Source: Setoptus koraiensis
Taxonomy: Eukaryota > Animalia > Arthropoda
Assembly (NCBI GenBank): GCA_048013815.1
Contig: CM106585.1
Location: 15,996,001 to 16,060,000 of the forward strand
Length of the DNA: 64,000 bases
Reading direction: 5' to 3'
Under the pieces are notes generated by a model. The model was not told the DNA's origin. It worked only from the letters and a program-made list of their open reading frames with translations, and ran no database searches. A program made the position numbers and the translations under genes. Positions 36,548-48,400 of this stretch are shown piece by piece; positions within the stretch are counted from its first letter, which is position 1, and every line of letters begins with the position of its first letter.

Positions 36548-37718
36548 CTAAAGTTCATCTTTCGTATCCTTCGCTTTGAGCTTATACCTGTCGACATATG
36601 CTTCTAAAGTCTTGAAAGCTTGTTGCACTTGAATAAACTTCTCATGTTTCTCTTGTTTCTTAGATTCATCTCGTTCGCGATCCGGATGATACTCACGTGA
36701 TAGTTTTTTGTATTGTTTCAGAATCTCCTCAGGACTGGCCCCGTCTTTCAAACCCAGAACATTAAAAGCGTTTGACTTGCCAGATACATCGAACTCTTGC
36801 ATTATTTCCCTCCAGATAGATCCAAAGCCATTGTATTTGACGTGCTGATACAACATTTTGAAAGCCTCACTGATGTTAGCGAATGCTTGGCTTTGAAGCA
36901 AGTTTTCTAAAGCTACTCTACATTTGATGGTCTGGTTCGTTTCGGGCTCCTTGATTGTACAATTGAAATAAAGCGCAGAGGAGCACATTGACAAATAGAT
37001 GAGCATACTAAAAGACATTACTACAATCCTTTTAAAGATTGGCTTCTTTTTAGCTGGCTCCAGTCTCCACTGTTTACAAAATCTATCAAATGTAATATGC
37101 GCTGCTAAAGGTGATACATAAACATAGTCGTAGTATAAGCCTGGTACAAAGGACGGAATGATAGATATGTAGGCTGCTAACAAGGGTTTCACGATTGAAC
37201 CTTGGTGCCTTCCAACATTTCCAACCAACCATACACCTGTAAAGTTGTGAAATGGAGACGAATAATTAGTGAATATGAAGATTCTTCGGGCTTCGATTTT
37301 TTGATAAAGTTTGAGTTGTCTCGTCAACCTTACCTACGGATGCGGCCAATGGGACTATTATTATTGACAAGATTGTCGCCACTGAACTTGGCAGGATTTC
37401 ATGAGGTACCACGTGAGATGCAATATGAGCGTAAACACTCCCAACGAATAAAGATGCTGATTGCCTAACGAAACTACACGGAGGTTTTTTATACAATCTC
37501 ATTTGATCATGTAGCCAATCGAGATATTTTTTATCATTGTTCGCATCTCTTATGTACTCTGGTAGGCGCCATAAATCACGCAAAACACCACAGCCAAAGT
37601 ATCCGCCAAAAAGGGAAATTGTTATAAATGCATGCTTGTCTCTTCCTAAATAAAGATGGTGCAACCCGAAAAAACCACCAAATAACCAAAACAAATATGT
37701 CTTTATTAGGCTGGGCAT
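36548..37718 (-). CDS. DNAJC22: DnaJ homolog subfamily C member 22 (wurst-like): TM2 domain, TM helices and C-terminal J domain (357 aa)
   Basis: Exons 37334-37718 and 36548-37236; 97-bp phase-1 GT-AG intron. TM2 motif WLFGGFFGLHHLYLGRD; J domain with YHPD. Confidence 0.93.
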
Positions 37719-39188
37719 AATGAATGTTTTGGAATGATCCGGATGACTAAATGATTGATATCAATGAATTTATAATTTTAATCTTTCTTTTTGACTTTTT
37801 TGACAGAAACCTTGTATAAAATGCCATCATTTACTGTTAGTTGCCGCAACTTGCAAGATCATTTTTAAAAAGTACACGTATTCACGGCGAATTCGTGACG
37901 CACAGGTGCAGTAGATTAAAAAACCATCTGTTGGATGCAACACTCGAGGGGGAAGGAATTCATACAGAATACAAAATAGATTCACACCTTGCTCATGTTT
38001 AGAGTCTAGATATATTCTAGTCTAGATGAGTTCTCTTTCTGGCAAATTCATTGATTCACGAGAATTTATTGTTTGTTCTAGAATCAGATGAAGTCAAGTA
38101 TTTCGCAATCGTCTAGTTAGACTGGTCAATCAATACTTGGCGGATGTTTCAATGCGTCGCTATCTTTCTTTACACCTCAGGTAGTCGAGTAGTTCTCAGT
38201 ACATAACTTTGTCAAGACTAGTGCTAGAGAACAATGCAGATCGAAGCGCCACACAAGGGCACTCTCATCAGACACCTTCAAATGGTTAGAGCACAATTTC
38301 CTTGTGTAGATCTAGCGACTCTCCATAAAATATCTCAGATCATTCATTTGAAGCAGAAAAGTATCGAGTTTTCTGCCAACTAAATTTTTAAAGACTCATC
38401 GATCCGTCCTGCGAGACTAGGTATGGTTTTCTAGATACGTCAGAGTGAAAGCAGCAGACTTCCCTTGTTGTCTATAACAAACCGCAAAAACTCTTGTTAA
38501 CATTACCGTTTAGCCTGTTTACAACACTGTCAACGAGTGTATCCGGCTCGTCGATCGGTCTTTAGGTTTGGTTTATCTCGATTTCTGTATGCTAACAATG
38601 GACGCGGTTTTAACTTTCAAGGGGCACCCTTTTGATTAAGCATCACTTCGATCGGATCACCATCCATGGGATCTCGAACATGAGAGGGTATACGGTAGGG
38701 AATTGAGAATTACCTAATGCAAATTAGAGTTATTAGCGATGCAGCCGATTTGATCAATCATGATCAAGGATAATGATATCAGACAATGACAGGATAAGTC
38801 TCCACTAGATTTTGCCGAACTTTAGTTAAATTTCGCGGCTTCTTCTTGAAACATGAATGCGCCCACTTACGTCAACGAATTTTGATTCGATGACACAACT
38901 TCAGGGGGCGCTTTCTTGTACCAGCACATCGCATGTGAAACAAGTTAACCCTCTGATGAGGCGGTTAAAAACTAGGTAAGATGTAACTTTAGACAACTGC
39001 TCCCAAAGAACCAAGATTAATAAGAAATTAACTTCGATTGTTCAGCGCTCCAAGCGTCCGTTTCGGGAACTGATCTCATAAATTAAGTTTCACCAGCACA
39101 TGGTTTCAGAGAATCCGGCACTATCGATTTGTCAACTTGTAAGAGTCAATAATCTCCAGGCAGTTACCTTCTTATTCATTACCCGGTG

Positions 39189-40601
39189 ATGCTAATAGCT
39201 TTAAGGAATATTTTTTCGTCGGCATCTAAATTAACTCCAGCACAACCAACCATGAGTAAACTCAAACTTGCAAAGGGTATGCGCGACATACCGCCCAGTC
39301 AAGGATGGCTAAGAAAGCGTGTGTTTAACTCTATCACCGATATTTTTGAGAGGCATGGAGGTCAACCACTTGATACACCCGACTGTGAACTCAGAGAGTT
39401 ACTTGTAGGAAAGTACGGCGAAGAGGCCAAGCTGATCTACAATTGTGAGGACCAAGGAGGTGAACTATTATCCCTTCGATATGACTTGACTGTTCCGTTT
39501 GCGCGCTATCTGGCTATGAATAAAATTTCCGAGATGATTAGATATAGTATAGGTAAGGTTCACAGGAGAGATAATCCTTCCATAGTCAAAGGGAGATTTA
39601 GGGAATTTTATCAATGCGACATTGACTTTGCCGGTAAATGTGCACCAATGATGGCCGACACAGAATGCCTCCAAATACTATGCGAAATATTACAGGCCGT
39701 GAATCTTCCCTCTGGCTTCATTATTAAAATCAATCACAGGATGATCTTGGATGGTCTGTTCGAGCTGGTTGGAGTGCCGAAAAACATGTTCAAAACTATA
39801 TGCTCGTCAGTCGACAAACTCGATAAAATGTCGTGGGAGGATGTGAAAAAAGAAATGTGTGATGAAAAGAAACTCGATCCGGCAGTAGCGGATAAAATCG
39901 GTGTTTACGTAAGTAAAAATGGAGGTCTTGCACTCATCGAGGAACTTAAGTCCGATTTTGGAGAAAATACTAACGCAGCAAAAGGCCTTGAGGATCTTAG
40001 AATACTGTACGGATATGCGAAAGAGATGGAAATCGACCAACATTTATTGTTTGACCTTAGCCTCGCAAGAGGTCTGGATTATTACACCGGCCTAATATAC
40101 GAGGCAGTGCTAACAGATAAGGATGTCGAAGTTGGTAGTGTTGCAGCTGGAGGTAGATATGACAATCTTGTGAACAGTCTAGTGGATAATAAATTCCATG
40201 TACCATGTGTGGGATTATCAATCGGCATAGAAAGATTGTTTGTTATACTAGAGGCTAAAAACGAGCCCGATGTCGGAGTTCATTGTTGTGTGGGGTCAGT
40301 GGGACAAGGTCTGATGAAACACCGGATAAGAATCTTGCGCGAACTGAGAGCCAGCGGCTTGAGAGTAAAGTGCTTCCCGGAGGAGAGTTGCAAACCGTTG
40401 CAGTTCTTTCAAAAATGTGAAAGAGACAATATACCATACACTGTTTTCTTTGGAGCTAAAGAGATGGAGAAAAACTTGGTGAATCTGCGATCGGTCAAAG
40501 ACAGATCTGAGGCTTCGCTCGAAGTCGACCAATTAGCAGTGGAACTTAAGAAGCGACTCGGATTAGATGATGAACCCAAAAACGATAACAATAAAACATG
40601 A
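39189..40601 (+). CDS. HARS: Histidyl-tRNA synthetase, no coding intron, no WHEP domain (470 aa; second in-frame ATG at 39252)
   Basis: KGMRD, LSLRYDLTVPFARY, RRDNP...GRFREFYQCD, LARGLDYYTG, VAAGGRYDNL, GLSIGIERL. Likely 5'UTR intron 38968-39159 (ag|gtaaga...ctccag). Confidence 0.97.
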   Translation: MLIALRNIFSSASKLTPAQPTMSKLKLAKGMRDIPPSQGWLRKRVFNSITDIFERHGGQPLDTPDCELRELLVGKYGEEAKLIYNCEDQGGELLSLRYDLTVPFARYLAMNKISEMIRYSIGKVHRRDNPSIVKGRFREFYQCDIDFAGKCAPMMADTECLQILCEILQAVNLPSGFIIKINHRMILDGLFELVGVPKNMFKTICSSVDKLDKMSWEDVKKEMCDEKKLDPAVADKIGVYVSKNGGLALIEELKSDFGENTNAAKGLEDLRILYGYAKEMEIDQHLLFDLSLARGLDYYTGLIYEAVLTDKDVEVGSVAAGGRYDNLVNSLVDNKFHVPCVGLSIGIERLFVILEAKNEPDVGVHCCVGSVGQGLMKHRIRILRELRASGLRVKCFPEESCKPLQFFQKCERDNIPYTVFFGAKEMEKNLVNLRSVKDRSEASLEVDQLAVELKKRLGLDDEPKNDNNKT

Positions 40602-40633
40602 GCTTTTTATTGCTGAACAATATCAAGCACATA

Positions 40634-41356
40634 TCACACCCAAGATGTTTCCGAATCTTTGGGCCTTTTCTTCTTAGTTAGTTTGTGCTGATAGTTTCTT
40701 GATAGCTTTTGTATCAATTGATCGATTATGATGTCATTAGTGGACGACTCCTCTGTTGAAGATATGTCTACTTTGCTCCTTATTATGGTGATTGGTGGCT
40801 CAAAGGAATCGAGGTCGATGGGCATTATGTATGACATCCTATCTGGGAGAAATAGATAGTTCTTATCCGGTAATTTTTCGTTCAATACATCAACAATACT
40901 CTGAGCAAGGCGTGTCTTACATCTTTCCTCTTTGGATACTTTTTTGGTGTCTGATATAAGATGAGCTCTTCTCATGGCCTCCAAAACAGCTTCGTCTTCA
41001 GATTCAGATCCACTATCACTATCACGGACACCTTCATCCCTTGTTTTGAGCTCATTTTTTATCTTTTGAAGCAGAGCAAAGTCCAAACCTTTCACCAAGT
41101 GAGTGTGCTTGACGTCACCACCGAGGAACTTGGATTCTTCAATTTGTTGCTGTCTCCTTTCATCTTCACTAATTAGACGATTTTCTTCAACATCGTTATA
41201 TTTCAGATCGTCGGGGTCAAGTTCGAAATCTTTAACCTGGCCATCTCGGCGCTCTTTGGCACGATCACGATATTTGTTTGACAGTTCCTCAGATTTACTA
41301 GATGAAGGTTTATCCTTGTTAGGCTTAAATTTCTTCCTATTCTTCTCGTTTGGCAT
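40634..41356 (-). CDS. IK: Protein Red / IK (Smu-2/Beag-like), N-terminal domain only (~240 aa)
   Basis: KYRDRAKERRDG, ESKFLGGDVKHTHLVKGLDFALLQKIK, LFLPDRMSY, STNDIIIDQLIQKLS. Stop at 40634, minus-strand AATAAA at 40606-40611. Confidence 0.9.
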   Translation of the reverse strand: MPNEKNRKKFKPNKDKPSSSKSEELSNKYRDRAKERRDGQVKDFELDPDDLKYNDVEENRLISEDERRQQQIEESKFLGGDVKHTHLVKGLDFALLQKIKNELKTRDEGVRDSDSGSESEDEAVLEAMRRAHLISDTKKVSKEERCKTRLAQSIVDVLNEKLPDKNYLFLPDRMSYIMPIDLDSFEPPITIIRSKVDISSTEESSTNDIIIDQLIQKLSRNYQHKLTKKKRPKDSETSWV

Positions 41357-41736
41357 GATGCACAATGGAGTAGGGGGCCTCAAGTACCCGATTTATTGGA
41401 TTAAACTAGGGTACAAAGTAAGAATCATATGGAAACTGCTCCTGCAGAACGTCTGTAGCAATTTGGCGTCATCTTAACGATAAATAAGACAGAGGAACGG
41501 ACCAAGAAAGATTTATTCCGACCACATTCAAAACATCGACTAGAAAGTCAATAACTGAGAGAGATCAGCTTTAGCATTTCATTTTCAGGATCCGCGCACA
41601 ACTGTTCTGTGCACACCAAATGTGCAAGTTATGTATCAACACTCGCCGCGTTTATTTATATAATATCGCAACTCAATATCAAAATAAACTCTTTCATATC
41701 CAACTTGTATTAGGAACCCCCGCTTTTATAGAAAAG

Positions 41737-42597
41737 ATGCCTATATCAATATTAAAGGATACAAATGAGACGATCGCGGCAAGATTCCAGGCTCTATTTA
41801 CACTTAGGAATATCATTCAAACAAGTTCTATTGACGCGATTGGGGAAGTGCTTTTAGATGACGACTCCGATCTTCTAAAGCACGAATGTGCATACTGCCT
41901 GGGTCAGATGAAAGACCCATACGCAATCCCTTACCTCTTGAAGTGCCTACAGGATGAGCAAGTTCATCCAATGGTCAGGCACGAGGCCGGTGAAGCCCTG
42001 GGAGCCATTGGAAGCACCGACGAGCACAACATACTGGACACACTAGATAGATACGCAAATCATTCTGTCCGAGAGCTAGCCGAGACATGTTCTCTAGCAT
42101 TGGATCGTTTGAAGTGGTATAACAAAGAAGCAAGCGCAACAGCTAATGGAACCAACGAATCACTGAGCCCCTACAACACTGTTGATCCAACACCTTCCTA
42201 TCCAGCCAGTATGACTGTGGATGAGCTTAAAGCCATTTACCTTGACAAAAAGCGTTCCCTTTTTGATCGTTACAGAGCACTATTCACTTTGCGAAACATA
42301 GGAAATGAGGAAGCAGTGAACGCCATATGCCAAGGTTTCTTCCTTGGCGAGGACGATTCTGCACTGTTCAAGCATGAGGTGGCTTTCGTCCTCGGTCAAA
42401 TGCAGAACAAGCTTTCTGTGGACGCACTGGAAAAGACATTAGCCAATATCAATGAGAACGAGATGGTCCGACACGAATGTGCCGAGGCCCTTGGATCTAT
42501 CGGAGAGTCAGAGATAATCAAACGATATCTTGGGGACAGATCCCGGATAGTTAGTGAGAGTTGCCATGTGGCTCTGGATATGGCTAACGACACTTGA
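41737..42597 (+). CDS. DOHH: Deoxyhypusine hydroxylase (nero-like), HEAT-repeat enzyme
   Basis: RFQALFTLRN, LLKHECAYCLGQM, MVRHEAGEALGAI, RYRALFTLRN, LFKHEVAFVLGQM, MVRHECAEALGSI (four HE motifs). Start uncertain: an in-frame ATG exists at 41620, or there is a short 5' exon. Confidence 0.96.
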   Translation: MPISILKDTNETIAARFQALFTLRNIIQTSSIDAIGEVLLDDDSDLLKHECAYCLGQMKDPYAIPYLLKCLQDEQVHPMVRHEAGEALGAIGSTDEHNILDTLDRYANHSVRELAETCSLALDRLKWYNKEASATANGTNESLSPYNTVDPTPSYPASMTVDELKAIYLDKKRSLFDRYRALFTLRNIGNEEAVNAICQGFFLGEDDSALFKHEVAFVLGQMQNKLSVDALEKTLANINENEMVRHECAEALGSIGESEIIKRYLGDRSRIVSESCHVALDMANDT

Positions 42598-44627
42598 ATT
42601 TAGCGCTTTTTGATTGTAAAATCCTTGTAAGCATGCGCGTCCATACATTTTTAGCTGTGGCCTGTTCTAATCTATTGCTGTCTGTTTCACTACAGTACTT
42701 GCTTGTAGTGTTCATGTTATTAACAGAGATAAAGCAGCTAACAAGCTATAGAATTGATTCATGAGTACATGTATATACTGTTATCATTATAATAATCGGA
42801 TGATGTAATGTATAGCTTGTCTAAAGCGCAAAAATCGCGTGATCTTTATTCCATGACAATTTCACTATAATTTTTTAATATTTTTAAACCTTTACCAGTG
42901 ATGATCATCATTTTTGATATTCCGAACACAAACAATGTTCCACCGAGCCACCCACCTGATAGACCTGCTTGAGGGATCTACGTCACAAATGTTGAATAGT
43001 CTTGAAGAGAGATGATGTTCTTCACGACAATCCGCTGTTACCTTAATAGACGATAACCACTCAAAGATGCGTAAACAACTACATCACTTTCGTACTCAGG
43101 TTGCTTCTTGTTAGCAATAGTTAACTTCAACTATGCCCGACTACCTACTGATCATGTTTACAATGCAAACTAGAAACATCATCAATATGAAAACTCCAGG
43201 TGTACTTAGAGCGCAAACACGTCTTTGAAGGTATTGACGCCAATAGATTCCAATCATATCAGATTATCAATCCGCTTGATTATCATGTGCACACAAGCAA
43301 GTATTTACAATGTTTGTACATGGGCTGTAAAATATTCAATGACGACAATTTAAACGACACAATATCGATGACTCTTGTGAGATCTTGCCCTATACTTGTA
43401 TTTATCCTGCAACAACTAAAAACTGCTGATAAGCTCAATCTCGCACAGAATCTTCATTTGATGGCATAGCCGCTGTGTATCATTAAATATTCGCTAAATT
43501 GGTAATTGTATTAACAGCAGTGGCACTGCCGTCATCACTACCGGCAATATTCTAATGCAACTGTTAATAACAGCAGACAGGAAATAAGATCGCATTACGA
43601 GCTGGCCACAAAGTTAAATGACCTTACACGCTAAATGTATGAGGCACTATAAAAACAGACAAGCGAGTACCAAAAAACCGGCCACCTTGATGACGATTTG
43701 ACAGAGAGGAGGATGATTTCTACGAAAAAAAGAAATGTCGTTTTCCCATTCACTTTTAGGATAGAAACACACGCACATACATTTGCCATTCTTAAATGCC
43801 ATTGGTTTTCCGATAGATACATGTGTTAGGTGTATCTGATTCAATTACATTCACTCATTTCGCGGGTGCTCCAATATCGTCCTTCCATTAACTTGATATA
43901 TATACATGTAGATTTATCTATGTAATACATATGTGTGATATGTTTACTGAATAGTGAGCTAGAAAATCAAGCTTGTTAATCCAATAACCTACTATTGCGT
44001 TGGCCTGCATATAATACCGGGCAAAAGTTTGCGATACTTCGTCTCCACTAAGACACGATCATACAGCCAGCCAGCCAGGCATTCAGTCAGTCAACCAGCC
44101 AGTCAGTGAGCCAGCCTGTCAGTCACTCATTCATGATATTTTGCTGTCTATCTAGCTGCGATCTATTAGAGATTTAGAGTGAGTGGAGATTCAGTGATCG
44201 AACGATCGAGCTACACAACTGTAGCTAGCCGTCAAGTGTATTTGTAAGTTATCAAAGAGGTGAACTTGAGTAAATGTGTATATATGTTATTCACCTTGAC
44301 TACTGTGAAGGTGCCGAGTCTATTAGCCGCTCACACAAAAACCATTGCCCACAAGCACCTGTGGATACACACTGTCGGTGGTGTTGAGATTTACAGAATC
44401 TATACACGTTGAGTAGATAAGGGCTTATAATAGTCTCAACCTCTTTTTGCCCATTGGCCACTGACTGCCACTAATGTTCTTGGCCCTGCAGCCCCCAGTT
44501 TTTTCCCTCTAGAAAAGATAAGAAATCAACAACTTTTGCTAACGCACACACTCACTTGCTCACTGGCACGGCGACTTGAGTTTATAAATTATAATGCTGT
44601 AACTTATACAGCCTGTAAGTCGAGTCT

Positions 44628-44693
44628 CACGCACACACACACACACACACACACTCGCTCAAAGTGAAGAAAGAGAGCACAGCTCGCACACAC

Positions 44694-44755
<62 letters not shown>
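44628..44755. repeat. Two (CA)n microsatellites upstream of ACSL
   Basis: (CA) runs at ~44628-44654 and ~44687-44755. Confidence 0.95.
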
Positions 44756-44757
<2 letters not shown>

Positions 44758-45460
44758 GCATACTTGTGCATCACTTTTCAAATGCAAGTCCAAACAGATA
44801 GTAACGCCGAGAGCGAGCAAGTGAGCCAACGAGTCAAGATTCACCTCACATGAGCACAATCGGTACACACACACCTTGCAAATTATTTATCGATTCGATC
44901 CGATCGTCTTGGCCAATTATTAGTTCCATCTCGTTGTGAAATATTCTACAAAACCGAGAAAGAGCAAGAAAATTCTATTTAGAATCGAATATCGTCAAGC
45001 ACACACACAATTCGATTATGAGACGTGAAGAAAGTTTTAGCGCACACACAGCACGACATATATAAGATAACAGAGCATCCACTGATGTGACCAAACAAGC
45101 GGGCCAGTTCTCTACAAGCAACATGCTTCACCATTTCTAAAAAATTATTATCATCATTATTGTTATTGTCGCATGTCCTCAAGACCACAAACTACTTACG
45201 TACTCGCACCAAGGGGATCATCGGTTTGTGATACTATTATTCAATGTTAATCTCGCCCACGGCAGCAGCATCCCCGTCAACAGCAACAACAACAACACCA
45301 CACACAACAACAACACTAACAACAACAACATCAACAGCAACCTCGTTTAAAGCGCCAACCGAAAAACGCAACTGATAAGCCAACAAATACACAGCTAATC
45401 ACCGATAACTTCATCAACTAACTGATTCACACTCATCGATGCTAACACGCCTGCACAAAA

Positions 45461-48400
45461 ATGGGCAAAGAACACATTGAACCGACCAAGAAATTTTTCC
45501 TTGATTGTCTGTTGCGCCTCATTAAGTCTATTGCGTCAATTTATGATTTTGTTACATTGCCATTCTATTATTACAATCAACGAGTCAAAGCTCTAAGAGA
45601 TGATGTAGAATGCGTCAGAAGTCAGCAGATAGACCCCACAGATCCAAATTCTCCATGGCGTCACATCAATCTTGAGCCTATTGCCGATATGGTAGATTCG
45701 CACATAGACTCCTTCGACACATACGATCAATTGCTCGAGAGGTCGCTAGAGGTCTATGCCGACAGGCCATGTTACGGTTATAGAAAAATTCTTGAGGAAC
45801 GAATCACCAAAAAGTCGGATACGGGCAAAATTTTAAAGCAAGTCCGACTGGACGACTATAGATGGGTGACTTTTAGAGAGTTTAGCGAACAAATTGAGGC
45901 GGCCAAAAGGGGTTTTTTACTCAATGGAATCAAGTCGGGCAGCACAGTGATGCTGTTTGCCGACACCAGGCCAGAGTGGCAAATTGCCTCGCAAGCGCTA
46001 ATTAGAATGAATGTCACAGTGGGCACTATGTACTCCACGCTAGGCACCGACGGCATTGTGCATAGCATCAACGAAACGGAAGTGACTCACATCGTCACAC
46101 AGGAGGATATAGTAGACAAATTGTTGGCGCTTAAAGACAGGCTGCCCACGCTCAGGACTATCATCTATTTCGAGCCCAATTTCAAGGGTATCAGGTCAAA
46201 ATCGTACAAAGTAAAAACTGGACTCTCATTTGAGACATCAACAGACAAAACCCAAACATCACCAGCAAAGACCAATGGGATAAATAATAAATTCTTCCAT
46301 AGGGCTCAGTTCCTCACAAACAAGTCTGATGCGAGTTATACACTGTTGAATGGTCGTAGTGACATCGCCATACAAACAAGCGATGAACAACCGTGTCAAG
46401 ATAACAACATAGAATATTCATATCAAGACGCCGATAATGACCAACTTGCAACCACCAACAACCATCAACAAAACGGTAACACCACCACCACAACGCAACA
46501 TGACTTAAAAGGTATCATCAGTGTCAAGTCTAATAGCAATATCTCTAAAATATCATCTATAGTTACTAATGGTCATGCCACTAACATTAATCATACCTCC
46601 AAAACTTTAACCTTGTCGTCCGATCCAAAAACACCAGGTGAAAACTGTGAAAGTGAATCAGATAAAAAATTAAATCATGTCAGTAGCGATACTACCAATG
46701 AAATCACCAATAATGACATCGACAGCAAATGTGCAGCTAATCAACAAGAAAACGGCCTGAGCAAGCAGCAATTTGCAACAAGTGATGATTCAGATAATAA
46801 TCTAAAACTAACATGCGTACCATTCAGTTACTTGCTTGAGTTAGGCAGAAGTGTCGACGATGATAAAGTGCCATCATTCCAGAGACCAATCAAAGGTAAC
46901 GTAGCTGTGATAATGTACACCTCTGGTTCAACTGGAGTACCCAAAGGAGTTGTGATAACCCACACGAATATACTGGCCACATTAAAATCGTTTTCCTACA
47001 CCACCAAGGACTTCTTACATGATTATACAAATAATTGTGTTGCTGCCTATCTACCATTGGCGCATATTTTCGAGTTTTGCATTGAATCAATGATGCTCTT
47101 CCATGGGGTGAAGTTTGGATTTGCCTCTCCGCATACACTAACAGATAAATCGCCAGGTCTAATCCCTGGCCAGCAAGGTGACTTATTTTTACTGAAGCCC
47201 ACAATCTTGATAATAGTGCCACTTATACTAGATCGTATAGTTCAAGGAGTTAAAGGAGTGCTGCATGCTGAGGGATACTTCAAAGAACAATTAGTGACAT
47301 GGCTCATAGAGTACAAAACTTATTGGTCGAAACATTATTACAAGACACCTTTAATAGATAGATTAGTGTGCAAGAAGATAGCAGCCGCTCTCGGTGGTCG
47401 ATGCAAATATGTTATATGTGGTTCGGCTCCATTAAGTCCACAAACACAACAATTTGTTAGGAACGCTCTCAATTTAAAACTACCCCAAGGTTTTGGAACA
47501 ACAGAAACTTGCGCCTCCACCACGTGTCAATTGTTTGACGATCAATCGACTGGCAACGTTGGTTTACCTGTCACCGGGGCCTACATTAAATTGGAAAGTT
47601 GGCACGAAGGCGACTACCACCCAACAGATAAGCCTTATCCTCGTGGTGAGATAGTTGTTGGTGGCCACATGATTGCCCAAGGGTACTACAAGTTAGATGA
47701 GCAAACTAAAGAAGCGTTCTATGTAGATGACGACGGCTTGAGGTGGTACCGAACTGGTGATATAGGCCTCATGCTTCCTAATGGTCAACTAAAGATCATT
47801 GATCGTAAAAAAGATTTAGTCAAATTACAAAATGGTGAATACATATCATTGGGTAAAGTGGAATCATCTTTGAAATGTAACAAATATCTTGAAAATTTCT
47901 GCGCACACGCCAACCCAAACTATAACTTTATCACAGCATTAGGGCCAGTCAACGAACTAGCTCTGGTAGAATTAGGTGAAAGTATACTAAAAGAACGGCT
48001 CAACTCCAATAATAACACATTGGGAATGGATAGAAATAGCGTCAATGGTGGCAAGATTAATAGTAGTAGTGAAGAGTGCAATAAATTGATGCACGATAGC
48101 ACCTCAGAGGCTGTCAGGCAATTAGAAGAGATCATGACTGAGTACAGGGCTATTAAGAAAAGTATTCGTAGGCCAAGTGTTAGGACAAATGATACAAATA
48201 ATAATCTCAACGACAGCAATAGTACTAAAAATACTAACACTTCAGAAGCAGATGCAATCTCTGTGGCTGTCGATAACCCTGAAACACAAGAAAGTCATCA
48301 CTATAAATTATTAAAAAAATTATGCAATAACAAATTAATAGAAGATGCAGTCTATGAAACTATTTTAGCCAAGGCCAAAGAGAGCAATCTGTTACGTTTA

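Noticed and set aside
37800-39150. Upstream WHEP-domain exon for HisRS or nested RED C-terminal exon
   Set aside because: The candidate upstream exon ending at 38967 has an in-frame stop, and I found no WHEP-like or RED_C-like translation by eye.
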